Part shown: positions 8,590 to 17,286 of the stretch, in pieces
How positions within the stretch are numbered: the first letter of the stretch is position 1
Layout of the letters: every line of letters begins with the position of its first letter
NCBI GenBank assembly: GCA_947584775.1
Contig: CANPWT010000001.1
Location: 1-38,041 of the forward strand
From: an uncultured Clostridia bacterium
GTDB taxonomy: Bacteria > Bacillota > Clostridia > Christensenellales > UBA1242
Reading direction: 5' to 3'
DNA length: 38,041 nt
Notes under the pieces: model-generated
The model's database searches: none
Seen by the model: only the letters and a program-made list of their open reading frames with translations
Told to the model about the DNA's origin: nothing
Translations under genes and position numbers: made by a program

Positions 8590-9438
8590 ATGATTAACGT
8601 TTTATACTCCGGCAACAACAAAGTGTTTGACGGAGTGCTAACAACAACTCTTTCCATCCTTAAAAGGACGAACACAACTGAACCATTTCACTTTTATATT
8701 CTTACAATGGATTTATCAGAATATGACGCCCGTTGGAAACCAATCGATGACAATCAAGTGAACTTCTTAGATAAAATTGTTAAAACTTATAACAAGCAGA
8801 ACACAACAACAAAAATTGATGTAACCGAACTTTACAAGAAAGAGTTTTTAAACAGCCCAAACAACGATGCTTATTGTTCACCATACACACTGCTTAGGTT
8901 GTTTATAGATTTATTAGATAACATCCCAGATAAAATTTTATATCTAGATATCGACATCATGTTCAACCGAGATATAACCTTACTTTACAACACCGACATT
9001 GAAGGGTTTGAATATGCAGCCTGCCAAGACCATTACGGAAAATATTTTATAAACCCAAGATACATTAATGCTGGCATGTTATTGTTCAACATTAAAGAGT
9101 GCAAAAAAACCGGCTTGTTAGACAAAGCAAGGCAAAAAATAAAGCAAAGAAAATGGATGTTTGCCGACCAAGACGCATTATGGCACAGCACAAGCAAGAA
9201 CAAAATTTTAAAGCAAATGTTTAATGACCAAAAATTTTTACACAAGCATACAGTGGTAAGGCATTTTAGCAAACGCTTGTTCTGGCTACCTTTCCCACAC
9301 ACGGCCAACATAAAACAATGGCATATAGACAAAGTTCATAAAGTGTTTAAATATCATCAGTTTGACGACATTTTAAATGAATATTCATACTATAAAAAAT
9401 TATTTGATACAAATGGAGGTTTAAATGAAATCAAATAA
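8590..9438 (+). CDS. family 8 glycosyltransferase
   Basis: ATG directly after the upstream TAA, with a GGAGAG SD. LYLDIDIMF (DxD), YINAGMLLFNIKE and QDALW are typical of GT8. Confidence 0.8.
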   Translation: MINVLYSGNNKVFDGVLTTTLSILKRTNTTEPFHFYILTMDLSEYDARWKPIDDNQVNFLDKIVKTYNKQNTTTKIDVTELYKKEFLNSPNNDAYCSPYTLLRLFIDLLDNIPDKILYLDIDIMFNRDITLLYNTDIEGFEYAACQDHYGKYFINPRYINAGMLLFNIKECKKTGLLDKARQKIKQRKWMFADQDALWHSTSKNKILKQMFNDQKFLHKHTVVRHFSKRLFWLPFPHTANIKQWHIDKVHKVFKYHQFDDILNEYSYYKKLFDTNGGLNEIK

Positions 9439-10417
9439 ACAAACAAAACAAAACAAAGACATTATTCCAATCTTCTTTTCGTGTGACGATAAGTATGTGC
9501 CTTATTTGGCAGTAACCTTAGAGTCCATCACCAAACACGTTTCAAGCAATAAATTTTACGAACTTAACATTCTGCACGCTTGCTCAATCTGCCCAGAAAA
9601 TCAAATTTTAATCAGCGAGCGCTATTCGCGTGACAACGTTAAAATTAACTTTGTAGATATTTCGTTATACATTGAAAAATTTTCAAAGCGCTTACACACC
9701 CGCGATTATTATTCAAAATCCACATATTATCGCTTGTTCATTCCAAATTTATATAAAGAATACGACAAAGCGTTGTATTTGGATAGCGACATTGTTGTTT
9801 TGGACGATATTGCAAATTTATACAACATCGACCTTGGCGACAACCTAGTGGGCGCTATTCCAGACGAAGCAGTTAGCAAAGTGCCAGAGTTTGTAAATTA
9901 TGTAATAAATCGCATAAAAGTTGAAAACGAAAATCATTATTTCAATGCCGGTGTTTTGTTGATGAACCTTAAAAAATTGCGTGAAATTGAATTTGAAGAT
10001 ATTTTTATCAACCTAATTGACAAAGTTACTTTCAATGTTGCGCAGGACCAAGACTATTTAAACACCATTTGTAAAGACCAAGTTCATTATATCGACAAAG
10101 TGTGGAACAAAATGCCTTTGCCAGACGAAAACATTAAAGATAAGGACATTAAATTAATCCACTACAATTTAAGTTTTAAACCATGGAAGTTAGATAACAT
10201 TTTGTACGAAGAAAACTTTTGGGATTTTGCTAAAAAAACCAATTTCTACAATCAAATTGTGGATGAAAAGAAAAACTATACTAAAGAGATGCAAGAGGTT
10301 GCGAACAAACAAACTTCATCTTTAATTGAACTTGCCGACCAACAAGCCAAAGAGACGGACAAAAACAACGAAATTGCAAATATTGTTAAAGATGTTTGCA
10401 AAAGGAAGGGTGCGTAA
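9425..10417 (+). CDS. family 8 glycosyltransferase
   Basis: 14-bp overlap with the upstream gene, with a GGAGG SD. IPIFFSCDDKYVPYLAVTLESI, ALYLDSDIVVLDDI (DxD), YFNAGVLLMNLKKLRE and QDQDYLN. Confidence 0.85.
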   Translation: MKSNKQTKQNKDIIPIFFSCDDKYVPYLAVTLESITKHVSSNKFYELNILHACSICPENQILISERYSRDNVKINFVDISLYIEKFSKRLHTRDYYSKSTYYRLFIPNLYKEYDKALYLDSDIVVLDDIANLYNIDLGDNLVGAIPDEAVSKVPEFVNYVINRIKVENENHYFNAGVLLMNLKKLREIEFEDIFINLIDKVTFNVAQDQDYLNTICKDQVHYIDKVWNKMPLPDENIKDKDIKLIHYNLSFKPWKLDNILYEENFWDFAKKTNFYNQIVDEKKNYTKEMQEVANKQTSSLIELADQQAKETDKNNEIANIVKDVCKRKGA

Positions 10418-10420
10418 AGC

Positions 10421-11296
10421 ATGAAAAAACAAAAGATTTCCGCCCCGCCCGCGCTTGACCCGTCACGGCTAGAAGTGCTTAAAAAAATAGAGGAACTTGA
10501 AAGTTTAGGCATATTCGACCAAGATGTGGAGCAAGACCCACCTGGCAAGGTGCTAATGCCAAACAAGGTGGACTATTTAAACAAAAAATTATCCAGCAGA
10601 ATTGCCACAGCCACGGCAAAATTTGTTGGAAGAAGATATTTAAACAAGTTAATAAAATCTAAGGCGCTAATCATTAAAGATATTGTAGGCATAGAAAACT
10701 TTCAAAACCTTAAAACCGGCGCAATTATAACCTGCAACCATTTCAGCCCAATGGACACGTTTGCCATGCAAGTGTGTTTTGATGCGGCAGGGCAAAAGCA
10801 TAAAAACATGTACCGCGTCATCCGCGAGGGCAACTACACCGGTTTTCCAGGCTTGTTTGGCTTTTTTATGAGGCATATTAACACCTTGCCTTTAAGTTCA
10901 AACAGCGAAACCATGAAAAAGTTTTTGCGCGCGGTTAACACAATCCTTGCCCGCGGTGAATTTATTTTAATTTACCCAGAGCAAAGTATGTGGTGGAACT
11001 ACAAAAAACCAAAGCCGCTTAAAAAATCCGCCTTTAAATTTGCCGCTGCAAACAATGTGCCTGTGTTGCCAATATTTATAACTATGGCAGACAGCGCCAA
11101 CATCGGGCCGGACGGGTTTCCAATCCAGGAATACACCATACATGTTGCAAAACCAATTTACCCGGACAAGCAAAAATCGGTTAACGAAAACACAATCGCT
11201 CTTATGAACCAAAATTATCAAATTTGGAAAGAGATTTACGAATCCACCTATAACACAAAACTAACATATTTGTGTGATGAAAAAAATGAGCAATAA
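10421..11296 (+). CDS. lysophospholipid acyltransferase-family protein (PlsC-like)
   Basis: Canonical HX4D block (CNHFSPMD), IYPEQSMWW (FPEG-like) and AAANNVPVLP. Starts 3 nt after the upstream stop. Confidence 0.7.
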   Translation: MKKQKISAPPALDPSRLEVLKKIEELESLGIFDQDVEQDPPGKVLMPNKVDYLNKKLSSRIATATAKFVGRRYLNKLIKSKALIIKDIVGIENFQNLKTGAIITCNHFSPMDTFAMQVCFDAAGQKHKNMYRVIREGNYTGFPGLFGFFMRHINTLPLSSNSETMKKFLRAVNTILARGEFILIYPEQSMWWNYKKPKPLKKSAFKFAAANNVPVLPIFITMADSANIGPDGFPIQEYTIHVAKPIYPDKQKSVNENTIALMNQNYQIWKEIYESTYNTKLTYLCDEKNEQ

Positions 11297-11323
11297 AAAA
11301 ACCACCCAAATGGTGGTTTTTTT
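11294..11323. terminator. bidirectional intrinsic terminator
   Basis: A7, stem ACCACC/GGTGGT, T7. It lies between convergent genes. Confidence 0.85.
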
Positions 11324-11324
11324 G

Positions 11325-11558
11325 TTACGCTAAAACCGGAAGTTTTCTGGTTACTAATACGCTGACTAAGTCAATTAACCATAAAATAGCCCAGCCAAGA
11401 ACTATCCAAAGGATGCCAACTACTACCAACCAAATTTTGCCGGTAGCAACACCTTTAACGATGCGGTATACTGCCCATACAATGTCAATAACAGGTAGAG
11501 CAAATACAACTTTAAGCCATAAAGGTGCGTCGTCAAACCATTTAACAAAACCTTTCAT
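11325..11558 (-). CDS. small integral membrane protein (2-3 TM), unknown function
   Basis: 77 aa with an AGGAGAGG SD. W/V/L-rich hydrophobic segments. Confidence 0.65.
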   Translation of the reverse strand: MKGFVKWFDDAPLWLKVVFALPVIDIVWAVYRIVKGVATGKIWLVVVGILWIVLGWAILWLIDLVSVLVTRKLPVLA

Positions 11559-11688
11559 TATTCCTCTCCTTTTTATAATGATATTAATATTATAAAAGAT
11601 TTATGAATAAAACGCAAACAATTTGTCCGAATTTCCAAAAAAATCTAAAATTTGGCAAATTTAATCAAATTTTGGCAATTTTTTCTAA

Positions 11689-13509
11689 CTATTTTGTGCT
11701 TTTTTGTTTGAATTGCGCTTTTTTTTCTAACGTTGGCTGCGGTTTCCAACTTGCCTCAACCAGCCTTTCCGGCCTAAAATACGAGGTGTTAGGGCAAACC
11801 GAGCGGTGGATTATTATGCCGCGCCCAGAGGAAATAAAACCTATAATATCGTCATTATACATTGGCTGACAGCACTTTGCAAACCTAATTAAAATGTTGT
11901 TCATGCCTGGCAGTTTTATTTGATTTTCCTTTGGTTCGTTAATGTTAATTTGTGGGTTAACTTTTGGGTTAAGCGCGGTTTTAACATTGCTTTCATATTG
12001 TTGGGCAAGTTTGTTTGCAATGATTTTTGGCGAAATAGCGCCCGAGCCAATGTTGGCGTAAAGTTCATTTTCTTCGTCAAAATTGTAAATTGCTAAAAGG
12101 TCTTCCATGCTCTTTTTATTTAACAATTTGTTGCTAGAAAAGCCTTTATCTTTAATTGCATTTTCCAACATTGTTTTGCCAAGATGAATATTTTCCTCTT
12201 TTAAATTCTTTTTAAAAAATGCGTTAATTTTGTTCCTTGCCGTGCTGGTTTTACAAATTTTTAACCAATCGCGGGATGGCCCTTTTGAATTTGGGTTGGT
12301 TATAATTTCTATAACATCGCCGTTGTGTAGGGTGGCGGATTGGCCAACAATTTTATTGTTAATTTTTGCGCCAACATATTTGTTGCCAATCTCACTGTGT
12401 ATTGCATAAGCAAAGTCTATTGGCGTTGCCCCTTTTGGCAAATATACAACTTTCCCTTTTGGGGTTTGCACAATAATTTCCCCATCGTAGATGTCGCGGT
12501 TAAGCGAGTCGGCAAGTTCTTCCACCGGGGTATCGCCCTCCATCAAACGCCTAATTTCAGCAATGCGGGCATCAAAAGGGGATTGCTTGCGCTTTTCTTT
12601 ATACACCCAATGCGCGGCCACGCCGTATTCGGCAAAGTTGTTCATATCTTCCGTTCTTATTTGAATTTCCACCGGGAAACCTTCAAAAATAACCGTTGTG
12701 TGCAACGATTGATATCCGTTAGATTTTGGTATTGCAATGTAATCTTTAAACCGATTTTGCAGCGGCTCAACCTTGCTGTGAATCCTGCCTAACAGGGCGT
12801 AACAATCGGGCACAGTTTTAACAATGGCGCGCACGGCAATAAGGTCGTAAATGTTGTCAAAATTGTGGTTTTGCAATTTTTTGTAAATGCTGTAAATATG
12901 CTTTTTGCGGCCGTAAACTTTGCCTGTTATGTTAAGTTCTTTTAAGCAATCCTCAACAAGCGCGGTTAACCTTTCAACAATTGGTTGGCGTTTGTGGTAG
13001 CGATTGTCCACTTCAAGTTGTATGCGGTCATATTCTTGCGGGTTAAGCAATTTAAAAGCGCCGTTTTCAAGTTCGGTTTTATAGTAAGATAAGCCAAGGC
13101 GGGCGGAAAGTGGGGCAAACAATGCCAAAATGGAGTTTGCAAGCGCGTGTTTGTATTCCTCGTCTTTATCGTCCACATTTCTAAGTTCGGCAACAACAAA
13201 GGCAATTTTTAGCATAATAATTCTAATATCTTTTGTTATTGCAAAAAACATGTTCCTAAGTTTTTCCGCTTCCTCACTTAAAAGTGAGTAATTTATATTG
13301 TCTAACCGCATCAAAATATTAACAACTTCTATAGTTTTTGGCAGGTTTTTGTTAAGGTCGTCAAGAGTTACTTTGCCATTTTTTAATGCGTAATAGGCAA
13401 GGCCCTCCGTTTTCTTTTCCTCGCCAAGTTTAAAATCGTTTAAAACAGTTAAAAAGTCGTTTAAAAATTTATCATTTGCATCTAAATTTAATAATTCAGT
13501 TTCTTTCAT
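11689..13509 (-). CDS. relA: long RelA/SpoT-homolog (p)ppGpp synthetase with degenerate HD domain and no ACT/RRM domain
   Basis: Synthetase motifs GRKKHIYSIYKK, YDLIAVRAIV, YQSLHTTV, EIQIRT and AEYGVAAHWVYKE. TGS domain (IVQTPKGKVVYLPKGATPIDFAYAIH). Zn-finger/CC segment (CCQPMYNDDIIGFISSGRGIIIHRSVCPN). Confidence 0.88.
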   Translation of the reverse strand: MKETELLNLDANDKFLNDFLTVLNDFKLGEEKKTEGLAYYALKNGKVTLDDLNKNLPKTIEVVNILMRLDNINYSLLSEEAEKLRNMFFAITKDIRIIMLKIAFVVAELRNVDDKDEEYKHALANSILALFAPLSARLGLSYYKTELENGAFKLLNPQEYDRIQLEVDNRYHKRQPIVERLTALVEDCLKELNITGKVYGRKKHIYSIYKKLQNHNFDNIYDLIAVRAIVKTVPDCYALLGRIHSKVEPLQNRFKDYIAIPKSNGYQSLHTTVIFEGFPVEIQIRTEDMNNFAEYGVAAHWVYKEKRKQSPFDARIAEIRRLMEGDTPVEELADSLNRDIYDGEIIVQTPKGKVVYLPKGATPIDFAYAIHSEIGNKYVGAKINNKIVGQSATLHNGDVIEIITNPNSKGPSRDWLKICKTSTARNKINAFFKKNLKEENIHLGKTMLENAIKDKGFSSNKLLNKKSMEDLLAIYNFDEENELYANIGSGAISPKIIANKLAQQYESNVKTALNPKVNPQININEPKENQIKLPGMNNILIRFAKCCQPMYNDDIIGFISSGRGIIIHRSVCPNTSYFRPERLVEASWKPQPTLEKKAQFKQKSTK

Positions 13510-13517
13510 AGCAACAT

Positions 13518-13546
13518 ATTATAGCATAAAATTTTTAAATTTACAA
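13518..13546 (-). promoter_or_regulatory. promoter abutting relA-like ATG (predicted leaderless)
   Basis: Minus strand: TTGTAA (13546-13541), 17 nt, TGcTATAAT (-10 at 13523-13518), 8 nt, ATG 13509. No SD. Confidence 0.65.
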
Positions 13547-13655
13547 CCATAAAGCAAATTTGCCCCAAAAATTTATGTTTTTAAAAAATTAAAAGCGGAT
13601 TAGCAATAATTTATTCTAACTAAAAACATTTTAACATAAATTATTTCGAGGCAAT

Positions 13656-16205
13656 ATGTATACTTTTGAAAAAAATGAAGTTCTAAAAAAAGTTAACACG
13701 TCCGCTAGCGGTTTAACGCAAAAAGAGGCAGAGGCAAGGCTAAAAGCAAACGGCAAAAACGAGTTGGAAAAAGAAAAAAAGTTTTCATACATCCTTTGTT
13801 TTTTTAAACAATTTTTAAACATAATGGTGGGCATACTTTTGGTGTCTAGCGTAGTTTCCATCAGCCTTGCCGTTATAAATAAAGAATATTCCGATTTATT
13901 TGAAGGGTTTGTTATTCTCTTTATTGTTTTTTTAAACGCCATAATTGGTGTGGTGCAGGAGGGCAAAGCGCAGGACTCAATAAAAAGTTTGCAAAAATAC
14001 GATAAAATTAAAGTTAAAGTATTGCGCGATAACAAAGAAACATTTGTAGATAGCACCGAACTTGTTGTTGGCGACATTGTGCTTATGGAGGCGGGTAACA
14101 TTGTGCCGGCAGATATTCGCTTGCTTTCCACCACCAATTTTTCAGTTGACGAAAGTTCGCTTACGGGCGAAAGCGTGGCGGTTAACAAAGATGCAGATAT
14201 AACATATGCCGCATTTGTGCCGCTTGCTGAGCGCAAAAACATGGTTTATTCATCCTCGCCAATAACCAGCGGAAAGGCGGTTGGCGTGGTTGTTTCAACG
14301 GGCAAAGATACCGAAATTGGCCACATCGCCAAAATTTTAACACATCACAAAAAAGAGGTTACTCCGCTGCAAAAATCGATAGATAAAATTGGCAAAATAA
14401 TAACTTGGACGGTGGTTGCGGTTTGCGTTTTAATTTTAATTATCGAACTAATTAAAGGGGACGGTATAATCAACGCCATCATGACGTCCATCGCCCTAGC
14501 GGTTGCCGCTATTCCGGAAAGTTTGCCTGCCGTTATTACAATTATTCTTGCGCTTGGGGTAGAACAATTAGCAAAGCGAAAATGCATAATCCGACAGTTG
14601 CACGCGGTTGAAACGCTTGGCAGTTGTGAGGTAATTTGCACGGACAAAACCGGCACGCTCACCATGAACAAAATGCAAGTGGTTAACAGTTTTAGCCTGT
14701 CGCCAAATTTTGCCGAACTATATAATTGCATGTTGTATTGCACAAATTGTAAACTTGAAAACGGACAAGTTGTGGGCGAGCCAACAGAAAAAGCAATTTT
14801 TAGTTACGCGTTAACAAAACAACCAATAGAGAATAGGCAAATTTTAAGGGAAATCCCATTTTCGTCCGAGCGTAAAATGATGACAATTTCGCTAATTGAT
14901 GGGGCAAGTTACACAAAGGGTGCACCTGAAAAAATATTAGATAGATGCACGCAGGTTGTAATTGACGGCCAAACGGGTGCCCTAACCGAGGAAATAAAGC
15001 AAAAAATTAAAAAAGCGCAACTAGAAATGAGCGATAACGCCTTGCGCGTCATTGCTTTTGCCTACAAAACCAACTCAAACAATTACGAGCAGAACATGGT
15101 GTTTTTAGGTCTGGCGGGGTTAAAGGACAACCCTCGCCCAGAGGTTAAAGATAGCATAAAAAAATGTTACGAGGCAGGCTTAAAGCCGGTTATGATTACG
15201 GGCGACAACGCACACACCGCCTTTGCCATAGCGCGTGAAATTGGTATTGCAAAATCCACTAGCGAGGTTATAACGGGCGAGCAATTAGACAAACTTAGCG
15301 ATGCACAGTTAAAAAATAATTGTAACAAATACACAGTGTTTGCCCGAGTTAGCCCAGAGCATAAAGTTAGAATAGTTAAGGCGTTTAAAAGCATTAAAAA
15401 AATTGTGGCAATGACGGGCGATGGTGTAAACGATGCGCCTAGCCTAAAAGTTGCCGACATTGGCGTTGGCATGGGCAAGTCGGGCACGGATGTGGTTAAA
15501 AGCGTTGCCGATATGCTGGTTACAGACGATAATTTTTCTTCAATAGTGGTGGCGGTTGAAGAGGGCAGAAAAGTTTACAGCAACATACAAAAGGCATTGC
15601 AATTTTTAATTTCCACAAATTGCGTGGAAGTGTTTGGGATGCTACTCAGTTTGTTAATTTTTCCTAAATACACCTTTTTACTGCCTGCACAAATGCTGTT
15701 CATCAATTTGGTAACAGATAGTCTGCCTGCCTTCGCACTTGGCATGGAAAAGGTAGAGCCAAGCGTTATGAAATCTCCCCCTCGAAACAGTCATGCTGGC
15801 TTGTTTGGCGGGGTGGTGGGCAAGGCAATAATTTATCAGTCCATTTTGCAAACGGCCATTGTTATGATTGTGTTCATTGTAGGCGTGTTTTGCTATAATC
15901 CGTCCGTTGCCAGCACAATGGTGTTCTTTACAATAATATTCATGCAACTTTTGCATAGCGTAAATTGCAAATCTAATAGCAGCATACTAAAAAAGAATTT
16001 GTTAGATAATAAAACCTTTAACCTTTGCTTTATTTTAACTTTGGCGTTAAATTTAATGGTTGCATGTACGCCGTTTATGTATACGCTTTTCTCATTACAA
16101 TTTTTAAATTTTTCACAATGGCTAATTGTTATAATTGCATCCATTATAATCATCCCGTGTTGCGAATTATTTAAGGTGATTATAACCCCGTCAAATGGAT
16201 ACTAA
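13656..16205 (+). CDS. P2-type cation (Ca2+-like) transporting P-type ATPase
   Basis: CTDKTGTLT, MITGDNAHTA, TGDGVNDAPSLKVADIGVGMG, AIPESLPAV and INLVTDSLPAFALG (SERCA/YloB-like). Confidence 0.92.
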   Translation: MYTFEKNEVLKKVNTSASGLTQKEAEARLKANGKNELEKEKKFSYILCFFKQFLNIMVGILLVSSVVSISLAVINKEYSDLFEGFVILFIVFLNAIIGVVQEGKAQDSIKSLQKYDKIKVKVLRDNKETFVDSTELVVGDIVLMEAGNIVPADIRLLSTTNFSVDESSLTGESVAVNKDADITYAAFVPLAERKNMVYSSSPITSGKAVGVVVSTGKDTEIGHIAKILTHHKKEVTPLQKSIDKIGKIITWTVVAVCVLILIIELIKGDGIINAIMTSIALAVAAIPESLPAVITIILALGVEQLAKRKCIIRQLHAVETLGSCEVICTDKTGTLTMNKMQVVNSFSLSPNFAELYNCMLYCTNCKLENGQVVGEPTEKAIFSYALTKQPIENRQILREIPFSSERKMMTISLIDGASYTKGAPEKILDRCTQVVIDGQTGALTEEIKQKIKKAQLEMSDNALRVIAFAYKTNSNNYEQNMVFLGLAGLKDNPRPEVKDSIKKCYEAGLKPVMITGDNAHTAFAIAREIGIAKSTSEVITGEQLDKLSDAQLKNNCNKYTVFARVSPEHKVRIVKAFKSIKKIVAMTGDGVNDAPSLKVADIGVGMGKSGTDVVKSVADMLVTDDNFSSIVVAVEEGRKVYSNIQKALQFLISTNCVEVFGMLLSLLIFPKYTFLLPAQMLFINLVTDSLPAFALGMEKVEPSVMKSPPRNSHAGLFGGVVGKAIIYQSILQTAIVMIVFIVGVFCYNPSVASTMVFFTIIFMQLLHSVNCKSNSSILKKNLLDNKTFNLCFILTLALNLMVACTPFMYTLFSLQFLNFSQWLIVIIASIIIIPCCELFKVIITPSNGY

Positions 16206-16391
16206 AAATAAAAAAATATAGAAATATATTAAAAATTTATAAAAATAATAAAAAATGTATAGAAATTAATAAAAAAGATTAAAAAAAACAACTAAAATTT
16301 ATAAAATTATTAAAAATTTTAGCATTTTTACAATAAAAATAATTAATGCATAATTTTGCCCTTTTTGCTAAAAATATTGCTAGGAGGACAT

Positions 16392-16841
16392 ATGAGCGTT
16401 CAAAATAAAAGAATTTTATCCACAGTTGTATATTACACCTTGGCGGGTTTGGCTTTACTTATGTCGGCATTTTTCGTATATGCATTGTCAGTAAGAGGGG
16501 CTGCCCTTTGGGTTAAAATAGTATACTTTATTTGGATAGGTTTTGTGGCCGCAGAAATAATATTTGATATTATTTGCACTTCTTGTGGCGAAGCAAAAAC
16601 AATTTCTGGCTTTATCACTTATATTTTAAGTGTTTTGGCAGTAGTTGTGGCTTGCATCGTTTACTTTGTAAACGCAGGGGTTGCTGGGCTTGCAACAGAT
16701 TTCTTTGGCTTGTTCTTATCAATTGCCATTATCAGTTTAATGACCACCGGCTACATGATTGCAACTTGGTGCGTTGGCGAAAGTTTAGTAGAACATAAAA
16801 CAGCAGCACGCGCAATGCAAAAAGACAATAGAATTAAATAA
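16392..16841 (+). CDS. integral membrane protein (about 4 TM), unknown function
   Basis: Track ORF 16356..16841. Start moved to ATG 16392, which follows an AGGAGG SD. Confidence 0.6.
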   Translation: MSVQNKRILSTVVYYTLAGLALLMSAFFVYALSVRGAALWVKIVYFIWIGFVAAEIIFDIICTSCGEAKTISGFITYILSVLAVVVACIVYFVNAGVAGLATDFFGLFLSIAIISLMTTGYMIATWCVGESLVEHKTAARAMQKDNRIK

Positions 16842-16847
16842 TAAAAA

Positions 16848-16872
16848 GGGAGGGTTTTAAACCTCTTTTTTT
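16848..16872 (+). terminator. probable intrinsic terminator
   Basis: Stem GAGG(G)TT/AACCTC with one bulge, 3-nt loop, T7. Confidence 0.6.
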
Positions 16873-17242
16873 ATTTCAAAATAAAGCCCAAAAATTATAA
16901 ATCTTTCAAAATAATAAAAAAATTTATTAAAAAAATTTAAAAAAATAATAAAAAATAAATAAAAAAATAAAATAATTAATAAAAAACACAAAAAATAATT
17001 TAAAAATATTAAAAAACAAAAAATTTAATAAAAAATAAACATTAAAAATTATTAAAAAAAGCAAGAATATAATAAAATTTAAAAACTTAAATAATTTTTA
17101 AAAATTAACAATGTTAATATTTAATTAAAAGAGGTTAATTTAAAATGATATTTATTTATATTCGCCTTTGTTTTCAATTTAAAAAATAAAATAAAAAATT
17201 AAAATTTTTTTTAAAAAATATAAAATTTTTAACAAAAAACAA
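16873..17242. repeat. AT-rich non-coding desert with helically phased A-tracts (A-rich on + strand)
   Basis: 13 A-tracts of 5 or more A start at 16916, 16929, 16939, 16950, 16961, 16981, 16990, 17002, 17011, 17018, 17030, 17044 and 17054 (hand count). G+C is near 10%. The region lies between two terminators of convergent genes. Confidence 0.7.
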
Positions 17243-17273
17243 TAAAAAAGCGCTCAAAAGCGCTAGTTTTTTT
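17243..17273. terminator. bidirectional intrinsic terminator (serves the SDR gene)
   Basis: A6, stem AGCGCT/AGCGCT with loop CAAA, then a T-run. Confidence 0.8.
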
Positions 17274-17286
17274 AATTTTTTAAAAT

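Noticed and set aside
11603-11869. 88-aa plus-strand ORF at the relA 3' end.
   Set aside because: It overlaps the conserved C-terminus of the relA-like gene on the other strand. It has no SD and its sequence is hydrophobic junk.
13631-14242. Long antisense ORFs in the track: 13631..14242, 14345..14743, 12340..12792, 20341..20730, 26911..27330, 28230..28931, 29436..30107, 31071..31442 and 8137..8493.
   Set aside because: Each lies entirely opposite a gene with strong family motifs (ATPase, relA, gltX, tyrS, cvpA, ftsH, acyltransferase). They have low-complexity or odd composition and no SD or promoter. They are typical shadow ORFs.
16873-17242. CRISPR array or tandem-repeat interpretation of the AT-rich deserts (also 34010..34381).
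   Set aside because: There is no repeat-spacer periodicity of 25-40 nt, no unique spacers, and no cas genes. The only long repeat is one 32-nt pair. The regularity is about 10-bp A-tract spacing, not unit repeats.
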